A stretch of 64,000 nt of DNA, from positions 68,510,001-68,574,000 of the forward strand of contig CM060733.1 in the NCBI GenBank assembly GCA_030704615.1, read 5' to 3'. Under the pieces are notes generated by a model, which was given only the letters and a program-made list of their open reading frames with translations, made no database searches and had not been told where the DNA came from. Source of the DNA: Takakia lepidozioides. Taxonomy: Eukaryota > Plantae > Bryophyta. Below are positions 14,353 to 26,285 of this stretch, piece by piece. The translations under genes and the position numbers were made by a program. The number at the start of each line of letters is the position of its first letter. The first letter of the stretch is position 1.

Positions 14353-15257
14353 GATGGGCCGATCATCCCTATTTCGGCGCCAAGATTCATCCGTGAGTGG
14401 AAATTCATTTTTGCTCACGGGTATATTCATCCGTATTTCGGCACCGAAATTCATCCGTGGGCTGAAATTCCTTTTTCTGGTACGTTCATCCCTATTTCGG
14501 CGCCAAAATTCATCCGCTTGCTGAATTTTGTGTCTGATAACGGGTACGTCCATCCCTATTTCGGCGCTGAAAATCATCCGTCGCCGGGATGGGGTGTTCG
14601 AAATTAGCTACGTTCCAAATGTGTTAATCTAGGAATTCATCTAGATGAAGACATTCTCGTTTGATTGTCATCCCATTCACCCCTATTACGGCGCCGTAAT
14701 AATGGTGTGACATCCATTTCTCATCCACTTTCGTGCCTGTTCATCCATATTGCGGCGTCTAATTCATCCATCCCGAGGGTTTCGAACTGTCATATCGGCT
14801 GTTCATCCCTATTAGATAGGGTTGTGATATCCCTTTTTCGTCCACTTTCATGCCTGTTCATCCCTATTGCGGCGTCGTAATTCATCCATCCCGAGGGTTT
14901 CGAACTGTCATATCGGGACTGTTCATCCCTATTACAATGCCATAATAGGGGTGTGACATCCCTTTCTCATCCACTTTCGTGCATGTTCATCCTTACTGCG
15001 GCGTCGTAATTCATCCATCCCAAGGGTTTCGAACTGTCATATCGGCTGTTCATCCCTATTAGGGCGTCGTAATTCATCCATCCCGAGGGTTTTGAACTGT
15101 CATATCGGGACTGTTCATCCCTATTACGGCACCGTAATAGGGGTGTGACATCGTTTTCTCGTCCGCTTTTGTGTTTGTTCATCCCTATTGCGACGTCGTA
15201 ATTCATCCATCCCGAGGGTTTCAAACTATCATGTCGGGACTATTCATCCCTATTACG

Positions 15258-15790
15258 ACACAAGGAAGAAGCTGGGCGAGGGGGACATAAAGGAACTGCT
15301 GGAAGCTGGGAAATGGACAACATCATTGCGAGAAGCTATAAGATCGACGCCCTTACACCATCGGGGGGACTGTCTCAAGGGTGATGTCCACAATCGGTCG
15401 GTGAAGAGCATAATTGACGACATCCCAGGAGGCGACGGGGATTCATGGAGATCAGATATGGACATCCGCACTCAACCTCGGGGCCCAACGATGTTGCGTA
15501 GGACGCCAGGTCCAAGCATGACTCCCACTCCCTCTCCGTTACAGTCGGTGGAATCACTACCAGGCAGTGCACTGCGTGCGTGCTACATTTCAGATCGTTA
15601 CCCAATACGACAGGCCAGTCGTGGAGAGAGATGTCTCTGCAAACACCTGTAAACTCTTCCCCTGCAAACACTTGTACTACAAATATCTTAAGTGCATGAA
15701 GTGCATTCCTACAGTCGACGACTTCATCCATGCTCCAACACTAAGCTTCAATGAGCTCCACAAGGTCCTCAGGCATGATATAGGGAGAAG
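15258..15790 (+). pseudogene. Internally deleted C-terminal remnant of a MULE transposase (SWIM end)
   Basis: KWTTSLREAIRSTPLHHRGDCLKGDV..DSWRSDMDIRTQPR and PCKHLYYKYLK..FIHAPTLSFNELHKVL match KWATTLREKIKGTPLHRRGEHLEGDV..DSWRSDRNIRTAPR and PCKHLYYVFLK..FIYAPGLSPQEVHTLL at 47.5-48.75 kb. Confidence 0.8.
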
Positions 15791-18744
15791 GTTGACATTG
15801 GACAATCGTAATTCGGAAACTGCAAAGTGTGTTACATTACATATACCCTTTCAGTGTTGCTATTGCGGCACCTTTATCCTGTCGAAAGTTGTGGACCTCA
15901 TATTGTGACCAATTTTGTGACCTTCATCCCACTGCACGCAAGTTTTTGGCAAGAACTATACATTTGGTGCCATCGTGTTTCCATGGACTGCCCTATTACG
16001 GTGCCGTAATAGGAGAAGTCACTCCCCTTCTAGCCTGTATCTTTGAATTCTGGTTTTGTCTGCTAATGGATCAGTGCAAAACATTCATTTTTTGGAGATG
16101 CAGGGGCCCATTGTGGCATATTCGATGCCTTTATTCCTCTGAAACTTCTGCACTTCACATTGTGACCTTCATCCCATAGCATGCATGTCTATTAGCAGCA
16201 ACTATAGATTTGGTCCCGTCTTGTTTCCATCGCCTACCCTCTTACGATGCCGTAATATGGGAAGTGTCTCCTAATTCAGCCTTGTTTCCAATAAGCATGC
16301 CTTCAATTCTGCATTTGTTTGTTAATGGATCAGTGCAAAGCATACATTTTTTGGAGATGCAAAGGCCCATTCAGGCCTACTCCGGTGCTTTTATCCCTCT
16401 GAAACTTCCCGACTTCATATTGTCACCCAATTTTGTGACATTTATCCCGCATCATGCATGTCTGTTTTGCAGTCTGTTTCCAATAAGCATGCCTTCAATT
16501 CTGGTTTTGTCTGGCCATACGTTCAACCTCATGGATGGTAAATCATGGATGGACCACGTTCATCTTATGGATGAAAAATTGCAGATACTTGGGCTATATC
16601 CTGGCCGAGCATTCCCCAATGTTCCCATGATGTTCCTAGAACATGGATGAACTTCATTCATCCGCCGGATGAAAAATACATTGTTTCATAGCTTACCTAC
16701 TTCCATCCAGGCGAAAATCCTTTTCTCAATTCTTGAAATAACCTTGCAAGTATGGATGAACTCCGCCATCGTTGGGATGATAAATCAGGGATAAAATTTG
16801 TCCATTCAATGGATGAAATAAAATCACAGGGAGTTGTCGAACGAGAAATATTGAGAGGCCAAAACCTACAACCCAATGGCAAGTTGATCAGAATCTACGA
16901 GGTCAAAGAGCGCCATTTCCTGATCAATATAATCACATGCCTCCGGCAAATTTACCACCCCAACACGGGATGTATTTTGCTCCGCAAATATTACAAAGAG
17001 ATCCAAATTCCAATCCCCCAAAGCAATCTCAATTTAGTCATCAGCCTAGGGTGTCATTTACAAATCTTGTGATGCAGGAAACGCAAAGTCAACTTCCATG
17101 GCGACGATCTCAGGATGAGAGGAATCAAGGGTCCAATCAAGCATCGACATCCACACAACCTCTTCCACAAGCCGGGACTTCCTCTGGTCCAATCACGCAG
17201 AAGTTACCATCGCAACCTAATGTGAATTGGATACACGCTGAACTGTCAAGCATGCCAAAAGAGGAGGAACGTGAGGAGAACACATGTGTGGTGATGACTC
17301 GCCAACAACGAGAGATGCTGGTACAAGCGCCGGAAGAGGTAATTCCAGAGGTTACACCTACTTCATCTTCGGACAAAGAACCAATGGATTTTCAAGTTGT
17401 GAAGGATGATGTGACAAAAATTGCTACTACTCTTCACAATGAGAATGAAGCCAGTATCAGGAAGGGAAAGTCTGTGGTATTTGAAGGGAGTGACTCTCCG
17501 GGTAAGGTGTCCACTCCGTTGCTGTCACTAATGATGCGACCAAAAGCGTCAGCAGTCAAAATAGCTAACACTACAGTGAAACGTCCTCAAATTCTGAAAG
17601 AGAAGTCTACCACCATGAGATTTACCGATGAGCTTGAGCCCTATAACTTGATGCATGACCTGCGCCAAGTGCAAGCCAACATTTCAGTAGCTCAGCTTGT
17701 TGCTCTTGCCCCTACAGTCAGACAAGCCCTGGAGGCTTCATTGGTCAGGAAAAGACAAGAGAATTTCCCAGTATCACATCATGTCAATGCAAGAATAGAC
17801 CTTGGACCAATAGAGATTGAAGTGGAGATTGTAGACTGTTTTATTCAACATTGCTTGGTAGATGGTGGAAGCTCGGTGAACATCATGCCACTCTCCACAA
17901 TGGAGAAACTAGGCTTACACATGACTGGTAAATCCCCATTGATTATCCGATTGGCAGATCAGCGAAGAATCAGGCTAGTGGGTCAAATTTCCAATCTTCA
18001 AATGGGTAGACCATGGTTGGTTCCGGCTCAAGCATGTACAGACTGGCCTAAGGGAACCATCACTTATGGGGTCAAACCCAATAGTGTGACAATATCATTC
18101 CTCTCATCTGTACCCAAGGTCTTCACTGATGAAGATGAATTCAGTGCAATAGGATCAGATGAGGAGTCGGATGATTTGAGTGAGGAAGATCTTCGTACTG
18201 AAGAAGAACCTGAAGTGCAAATCAACAGAGTGATAACTACGCCTTGGGTACCTAAAAGACCCAAGATGATTGATGAGGGGAAGAACTTGTTGGGGGATGT
18301 GGTCAAGTCATTAGGCCTAGGGTTGTATGAGTGTAACTCTGATTCCGATTGTCTTGAGTGGTTATATGGTAGGGAAGAAACCGTGAATGTGATTCATGTG
18401 GAAGGAAAGACCATTACAGGTATGGAACTACCATTTTCAGAGAGAGGGATTTTGGTAGAGTTGTTCACAATCAACTCTGACCGAGTTAGCATGGATAATA
18501 GCACTTTCCCTCAGGACGAAAACCAAGAGATCCTTGATCTCAGACTCATTGATGAAGACGAATTAGTACAGGACGTGTTGTGACATAGTGCTCCGTCCAT
18601 TCCCTACCTACAACGAACGAATACTCCTGCATTGGCAGATCAAATCACAGAGTCAGAATTCACTTCTGAATCGAAGACCCAGATGATAGACATGTCCGTA
18701 GGAAATGAACCTCCAAGAATGATAAAGCTAAAACCTCAGCTGAC

Positions 18745-18990
18745 CGCAACAGATGTTTTCTTCATCTTGATGGTATTCTCAATGTTCATGTCAGGCATGG
18801 CACTGATGCCTCAAAAATTTGCCATTTGTTTCACACTTGGCTGCATCTTCATCATGGGAGCCTTCTTTGCACTAAAAGGGCCCAAAACTCAATTTCTACA
18901 CATGAGTTCCAAAGAGAAATGGCCGTTTATGGTAGGATTTCTTGGGAGCATGGCAGCCACAATTTATGTGTCCATGGTTCTCCATCAATT
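18745..18990 (+). pseudogene. Captured fragment of an SFT2/Got1-family vesicle transport gene
   Basis: VFFILMVFSMF..LMPQKFAICFTLGCIFIMGAFFALKGPKTQFLHMSSKEKWPF..GFLGSMAATIYVSMVLH matches plant SFT2-like proteins. It is in frame within ORF 18632-19183. Confidence 0.8.
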
Positions 18991-20468
18991 CTCTATAATT
19001 TTTGTAGTCATTCCTTTCCGCTTTGATAAGAGGAGAAAGAAACGTACTTTCAAGGATGGAGATTTGGTAATGGTGTTTGACAGCAAGAATGAAAACTTCA
19101 AAGCGAAATTCGACTCGTTGTGGATGGATCCGTATGTGGTACATGAAGTCTTCGACATGGTTCTTTGCAGCTGGAGACCTTGAGGGGGGAGTGGTTTCCA
19201 AACAGAGTAAATGGAATACGAGGCAAGCATTATAATGTGTGACCAGTTCCAGAGTAAGCATAGGTATGTCTTGCCCTAATCTTTCCTAGTCAAGAGTGGA
19301 GCTTGAATGGAAGCAGGGTAGTGGAATTTCACTTTTGGTTTGATGTTGGACGAAACATAAATGACGGTGGGGTATTTTACCGATCATCATCAGTTCAAAT
19401 TTTAGAAAGGGTAACGACGATATTCTCTATTGTCAATATCTCTACCCCGCTGCAGTATTCATCGTAGAGAGAGAAAAATCACAAAACCGTGAGGGGGTAA
19501 AAGGAGAGATTGTAGAGCGGTGGTTGCTGCTCCCCTCATCTGAGTGAATGATGTCAGGCACAAGAAAACCCACAAAGGCCTGTGACCTCTTTTCTAGTAG
19601 TTAGTTAAAAATGATGTGTCAGGCCAGAGTGTGGTCCTCTGAGGTGCAAAAAGTATCCAATCCTTTTCAGTCAAGAATTTCACCATGAACTCTGCGAAAT
19701 CCATGAGAGGTCCATGCGAGTCATGTTTTAGATACAGATGGTACGTCTTTTATTTCCGGTGTAGGGTCCTCCGAAGTCCAAGAGTATCCAATCATTTTCA
19801 TTGCTATTTGCTCTGGCCGGGTTCGAGCCGAGATCCTTTCTTAGAAATAAAATTGCTATTCGAGTCGATGTCATTTTTAGAAATGGCCAGAGTGTGGTCC
19901 CCGGAGGTGCAGAAAGTATCCAATCATTTCTCACTGATATACGAGCATAGGCTCAAAGTATTTACAAGACCGTAGTAGAAGTGAAAACCAATCTGACACA
20001 TCATATCTAGGGGATTCAAGCCCAGTCCGGTGGGGGAGAATGGATGGGTTTGAAATGCTTTTTATCTGGGACTCAAACTCTCTCCGAAGAGGGAGAGGGG
20101 ATGGTTTTACAAACTTATTATCTGGATTTTTGCTTAGGGGACTCAAACTCTCTCTGTAAAGGGCGAGTGGATGGTCTTAAGACTTTGTGATCTGTTTCTC
20201 TTTCTTTGATAAAAAGTCTTATGTCAAAACAATGTACAGTTGTACAGCCACTAAGTCGTGTAATTGTTAGATTTCAGTTTAAAGTGTGCAACCAGAGATT
20301 TTGGGTTCTTTCACACTCGGGGCGAGTGTTCCCCATTGGTCGCCATATATGTCGATCAATTTTCGGATCATAATTTAGAATAGCACATTTTATGTACATT
20401 AGTATATATTTTATGAAGTTTAGTACGAAATCATAGTAAGAAATCATAAATAAAATGGAATTCTAGCA

Positions 20469-21090
20469 ATGGCAAAGCCGGAGGACTAGTCGAAGGACAA
20501 CTCCTTGATTCCGGGATTGACAGACCATGTGACACTAGAATGCGTTGCACAGGTGCCTCGCTCTTATTATTTACCGTTGAAAGGTGTTTGTAAGAAATGA
20601 CAGAATGCGTTGTTGGTGGTTGACGACGAAGGCCGCAACGACGTCCTTGAGACTCGCAAACGGGTAGAGATCAAGGAGGAATGGGTTTACATGCTGGCTG
20701 GGTTTGCACACAATGTACAAACTCTCATAAGTGCACGCAAGTGGTGGGCGTTTGATTCCGTTAGTACGCGTTAGCGTTGTCTGCCAGACTACCCTGTGGA
20801 TTATACCTTTGAAGTTTCTGACAAGGAGTCGGCAGTTACAGGAACTCAACTTTTGGTTTGCGGATAGTACCCTAGAGGCTACATGGTGTGGAGGTATGAT
20901 TTAGAACTCAACGAATAGTCTTGAACGCCAAGAATGATTCAAGATCGATGCTTTTTTGACTCAGCAAATGTGGGCAAATATGTCTATTTGTACTGGAAGT
21001 CTCACCAATAGACGAATCTCAAAGCAATCAAGCGCTACAACTCGCTACTTCAAGCATGGGAACCTCTCCCCGATCTCAACATAGCATGGG
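20469..21090 (+). pseudogene. F-box/kelch-repeat gene fragment in the retrotransposon 3' UTR
   Basis: SLIPGLTDHVTLECVAQVPRSYYLPLKGVCKK* (plant F-box motif), then kelch-like VWRYDLELNE*, MIQDRCFFDSA and KRYNSLLQAWEPLPDLN. Contains stops and frameshifts. Confidence 0.75.
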
Positions 21091-22939
21091 AAAGGGAGCT
21101 AATGGGAAAACAAGGATAAATGTGAACCGCTGGATATTGGTTGATCAAGGGTAGCGATCCCCACTTCCCAAACGGATGAATGACATGGATGATGAGCAAC
21201 ATTCATGAGGACTTAAAACGGCTCATGTATCAATGTAAGTTGGTCATGTACCAACTTAAGTTGGTCATGTCCCTGGATGGATGAAAGTTACAGATGGATG
21301 AAAATTATGAGGAAGAATGAAAATGGATGAACTCAGCGGACGGATGAGAGAGCACAGGCGGGATGAATTTATAGGATGGATGCAAAAGAGATGATATTAC
21401 CAGGATGGATGAAATCAGAAGTATCCAAGTTTGCTTGGCCAACAAGCTTCCCATTAAATTTAATGATTAATTCTTAATTTTTCTATTGGCCCAAAAGAAG
21501 CATAAAAGGAGGCTTGGGGGAGTGGGAAGCAAGTAGTATTAATTGAGAGAGTACCAGTGAGCGACTAGCACGATGTAGAGAGCACGGTGGAGGGCAGAGT
21601 TGGAGAGCACAAAGATGGAGAGAGAATCAGTAGTAGTGAGCGATGGACTCAAAGTTACAACTCTTTTGTTTCAGATTTGCAATCGCATCTAGTTCTTTCC
21701 GCTTTGTAATTACTGAAGTGCTGACTTGATCTGATCAACCCTCTCGGAGTGTCAAGTGTAATGCTAATCTAGTGAAGGGCTGGTAGGACATCCAGTTCTT
21801 GTTTTGCTTTTCAAGTCCTTGACTTTAGGATTCTGCTCATTTGTTGGCAAAATAGATCTGCTCTAATGGGGTCCTATTGACTTATTTCCATGCTAGTTCT
21901 TTCTGATAGCAGAGAATAAGGATAATTCTCCCAATAAAACCTGACATTAGTGAAATCAGAGCTTTGTGTCCTCAGAAATTAATTTTTGAAATCAGTTTTT
22001 CTTACACTGGCACACAATTGCAGATGTTGGGGACTGTCATTTTTCATGTAGGAAAGGGTTCTCATTTCTTTTATACAAAATCGATCTACTTTAGAATATG
22101 TTCTTGGAAGCTTTCTATGCTAGTTCTTGTTGATAGCAGAGAATAAGGCTAATACTTCCAATAAGACCTAAGATTAGCCAGATCAGAGCCAGGGAACATA
22201 AAATAGGAAGTTTTGAAAGTATTTGTTTTTAACTGGAGCAACAAAAGTCTATGATGTAGAATTATGTTTGGCTGATACGATTTGATGTGTTTACTTCTGC
22301 TAGTAAGATATCTAAATGGATTCTTCTTTGAGTCATAAAATTAAGATTACTACAGCACTAGAAGTTTGTAGTTCTAGTAATTACTGCATGAATTAAGAGA
22401 TATTAATTTCTAAATTAGGCAGTATATGCTAGCAGAATTTGGGACTTAGTCATATCCATGGCACTGATTCTGCAAAGACATATATGTTTGAACGATGTCA
22501 GCTAAACCCTTTTTATGGACGTTGATTCACAAACTAATTCCAAGATCTTGTTGAGTAAAGCTTAGGTTACAGCTTCTGTTTTACACCAAGTGAATTGAAG
22601 AACCTAGTAGGGACTTATGGATTTTTGAAAACAGAGAATTCTAACTGTCAGGCCATGTTAAAGAGTGAGATTTGACTATTGTGTTTAAATTCTAGCGACG
22701 ACCGAAGGTCGGAAGCTAGTTTAGCGTAGAGCAGGAATAGGGTGCCATAGTGCCACGTCATCGTAGACACGTCATCGTAGCCAGGTCATCGTCGTCGTCA
22801 ATTTCTTTGGAATGTGCCCGGACGGCCCACGCGAAATAAATCGCCGCGCCAACATTTTTGGAACTGCCCGCAATGCCCGGATCTTGATCTTCTTGAACTG
22901 CAGGAGCTCTGCGTTTTCCGCCATCGTTCACTTTGTAAG

Positions 22940-23040
22940 CACAGGCATGGATAGCTGAAGGAGCAGGGATCAAGTGTGGGTCCAGATTCATCCAAAAGGG
23001 CCGGATTTCAAGCTCCAGATTACCTATGATTCGAAAAGAC
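22940..23040 (+). pseudogene. 5' fragment related to the N-terminal region of the PPR genes at 51-53.8 kb
   Basis: GCATGGATAGCTGAAGGAGCAGGGATCAAGTGTGGGTCCAGATTCATCCA is the reverse complement of near-identical sequence at ~53760-53810 and ~51485-51535. Confidence 0.55.
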
Positions 23041-23855
23041 AACAAATGGGGAGGAGTTTCTTGCAGACGGAATCGGAAGCTTTCACTCGTGATTGGGTGG
23101 GAAAGAATAAAAGTGCAGCTTAGATTACACCTTACTTCTTTGTTTCAGACCCGCACAGTGAGTCTCCATGATTGATTTTCCATGAGCACGAAGGGTATGT
23201 CAGGTTGTGTCTAGTTGCAAAAGTCCCACATCTGCTTGAAGCTAAACCCAAGTTTCAAACCTAATCTTACATTGACTAGATTGTAATTGTTGTCTGTTTG
23301 CCATAACCTCCCTATAACCAGTGTTCACTGGAAACAATAAATGCAACTGTGAGACTGACATTCAAAGCTGAAGGTTGCTCTGTTTCCATGTTTCAGCCTT
23401 CTTGGCCATTATTTTTGTGACCATTGTTTTATCAAACGTGGTGATAATGATGCAATTTGGATATAACCATATGTGTTATAGGAATCCATCTGTGTGTTAG
23501 TGTCCCTGAGATTTACTAGTTGATCGGGATCTGAAGGACCCTTTAGTCCTTCATTCTGTAGTGAGGGAAGTGGTTAAAGTGAAGGGTCTTTATTTAGTAA
23601 AAAAATTGTTTAGACATGTTGTCTAATTTACCTTGTCATGTTCTGAAGCTTGCATGGTTTGATTCCAGAACCATTCCTCCAAGAAGAAAAGATGACCTTT
23701 TGGTATATATCTGTGAACAGATTTGATTCTAGAGACAAAGGGTTACAGGGGTTGGACTTTGTCTCAGATGTGAAATTTGCAGTCATTTGTAGCAATTTTG
23801 GATGCTGCTTGAATGCTAGTTATGGGACTGAGGTGAGTGGGCGGGCTGGTGATGA

Positions 23856-23955
23856 GAAGTGCAAATTGTCGAACATGCTTGGACCTCCCTGGAACAAGGA
23901 GGACCTGGAGCTCTTCTATCAAGCACTTCGGAAATATGGCAGAGACTAGAAAAAT
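23856..23955 (+). pseudogene. Orphan exon of an ALWAYS EARLY (ALY/LIN9) SANT/Myb domain
   Basis: [33 protein letters not shown] resembles ALY [34 protein letters not shown]. The Trp codon has become TAG. Confidence 0.7.
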
Positions 23956-25074
23956 GTATCTTATGACCACAATTGACATAGTCGGGTGACCAGTACATCC
24001 TCCACTCCTGGATCTCAACCTCATGCCCCCACCTGAACTCATGGTAATCATCCATAGGCGGCCCCTCAAGGTGCTGAAACAGCCCCTTCCATGCCATGAA
24101 AGGCGTAAATAGTTGTGGATTGCGCATTTGCTGCAAATCACACCAACTATCAAACTCTTGGATAAAATCATCCAACTCGATGGTGCCCACCGCCCCAAAG
24201 TACCTTCGTGGCCCCTTGGTAGCTCCATACATCTCCTCCATTGTGTCCCACAACAATGGCAAGGAAACAACTTGCACCGCCGGTGTGAGTCCTCCTGATT
24301 CACAATCCGAATCAGAACCTTCCGTATAAGACACAGGAGGTGAAGGTGGCCTAAACCGCACACCTCGTCTCGTGTACCCACTAGTATCGCTAGTGCTCAA
24401 ACCGGCACTGTCCCCAGCAACTAGTGGCACCTCTGTGGTGACAAACTGTCACTCAACCGATCATGAACATGTCCCTAACCCCCTCTCCACAAGGTAACCG
24501 GGTAAAGAACTTGTTGCGGCTTATGGTTTGGAATACTAGGTTCCTAACATAGCCTACACTTGCACCTGCATCCACCGCAAGCACTCCTATGGTTGGCTGG
24601 TCATCACCTCCAACCTCACCATAGGAGAAACAATGATGGTCTGACTCGTCATCACCCCAGCCTCACCATCGACAGCGTGCTCTAGGACTGGCCGGTGATC
24701 AAACCCGGACCAATCACCTATAAAAACAAGCGCCTACACAAAACTAACATGGCGCACAGTCAAACATGCATGTATGGAGGGGATCCAAACACAAGAAATC
24801 AGAACGACAACTCCCCCACACCAAAAACAACTCCATGGTGTTGCTCTTGCAAGGACAGCCCAAACCCGGACTGACTCTTGCCTCCACCTACGGAAAGGTC
24901 TTGGCCTAATGAGAGGGTGAAAAACTACGAGACCATGGGAATATCATGAAGATACTCCTCAAACCGCCCTCCATGAGTGTCGAAATTCGGCCTTCAAGTC
25001 CATATGCCAGCCCTTAGGCAGTCCACCAGTGCCTCCACGAGTCAGCACAGGCCGTCCATAGGTCAACTTGGGCC

Positions 25075-25432
25075 ACCACAGACCAGCACAGGCCCACACA
25101 GATCACAGGCCACAGCCCCACAGCCCATCACAGCCCCAAAGGCCACAGGTCACAGCCTGTCACAGCCCTGCACAGGTCACAGGATCACAGCCCCACAGGC
25201 CACAGCCTGTCACATCCTGTCACAGCCCTACACAGGTCACAGGGTCACAGCCCCACAAGCCACAACTTGTCACAACCCATCAAAACCCCAAAGGCCACAT
25301 GGCACAACCCGTCACAGCCCCTCACAGCCCTAAAGGCCACCTATCACAGTCCATCACAGCCCTACACAGGTCACAGGATCACGGCCCTACATGCCACAGC
25401 CCGTCACAGCCCATCACAGCCCCATCCATGGC
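25075..25432. repeat. Degenerate CACAGCC/CACAGG minisatellite within the putative LTR
   Basis: Dozens of cacagcc/cacaggt units are directly visible. Confidence 0.85.
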
Positions 25433-25929
25433 CACTCATGGTAGTTTAGCCATTTCTCCAAGGGGTTTAGCCACGCCAAGCTAGGGTTTGTGTCTCTTGG
25501 ACTCTAGGCTTATTTGCACCGAGCTATGGCGGCTGTGAAGAAATCAGCAAGGTATTCTTGCTCTTTTGGCTCCCACACACCACCAATAGTAGCCCTAAGC
25601 CATGAGGAAGATGGTTGCCACAAACCAAGCCTTCTTTCTCACTTAGACTCCCCAAACACGCCACTAAACTCAATGGCAAACAACCAAGCCTTGCTGGTTT
25701 CCAGCCCTTGTGAGCACTCATTCAAGCGTTTTCCTTGGCCATAGCATCTGTCTTAGAGCCTATTCTAGCCCCCTACACCTGCCACTTCAAGAGCCATGCT
25801 CTATCTAGGCTTGAGGTTGAAACCCCACCTCACATATGCCCTACAAGTGCTTTTCTTTCACCCAAGTGGGAACCAGCCCTAGCCCTTCCATCTAGCTCTC
25901 TAAAGCTTGAAAACAAAAGCCCAATGGAC

Positions 25930-26285
25930 TGAAGGCATGCTCCACACATGCCCTACTCTCACCACAAGATAATCAGCCCATTTGCTTCATTTCTTGCACC
26001 CACCAACCTGAAAATACAAGCTTCAGCGGGCTGGAAGCATGCTCCACACATGCCCTACAGGGAAACCAACCCCTTCCTTCCTTTCTTGCACTCCCAAACC
26101 TGAAAGTACAAGCCTTCAACAGGATGAAAGCATGTTCCACACATGCATTGCCCTCACATAAGGGAAGTCAGCCCTTCCCTCTTCCTTGCTTGCCCTCCAA
26201 GCTTGAAGATGGAAGCTTCAATGAGCTGAATACATGCTCCACACATGCAACCCCTTCACACAAGAGGTATCAGCCCCCTATCTTG
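25930..26285. repeat. Four degenerate ~90-105 bp tandem units
   Basis: CATG(C/T)TCCACACATGC recurs at ~25937, 26038, 26131 and 26233. Confidence 0.7.

Larger units (their letters stand above)
12660..15255. repeat. Palindrome-containing repeat array of the remnant MULE (TTCATCCCTATTNCGGCGCCGNAATTCATCC)
   Basis: Many copies of ATTTCGGCGCCGAAAT / ATTGCGGCRYCGYAAT flanked by TTCATCC, spaced ~60-64 bp in parts. A MITE and a gag fragment interrupt the array. Confidence 0.8.
16850..22690 (+). mobile_element. Defective Ty3/Gypsy LTR retrotransposon (5'-truncated gag, protease, integrase tail, long 3' UTR, 3' LTR from ~21121)
   Basis: ORF 16937-18583 has the aspartic protease motif CLVDGGSSVNIM. Integrase C-terminus FKDGDLVMVFD..W.DPY at ~19020-19180. 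A purine-rich tract is followed by TG at 21121. RT, RNase H and integrase core are missing. The right boundary is approximate. Confidence 0.72.

Noticed and set aside
19131-21875. Giant TIRs of one 45-kb transposon
   Set aside because: The repeated sequence is the integrase tail, UTR and LTR of a retrotransposon. No terminal motif or TSD is visible.
24977-25484. Pro/Gln/Thr-rich ORFs
   Set aside because: They are products of the CACAGCC minisatellite.
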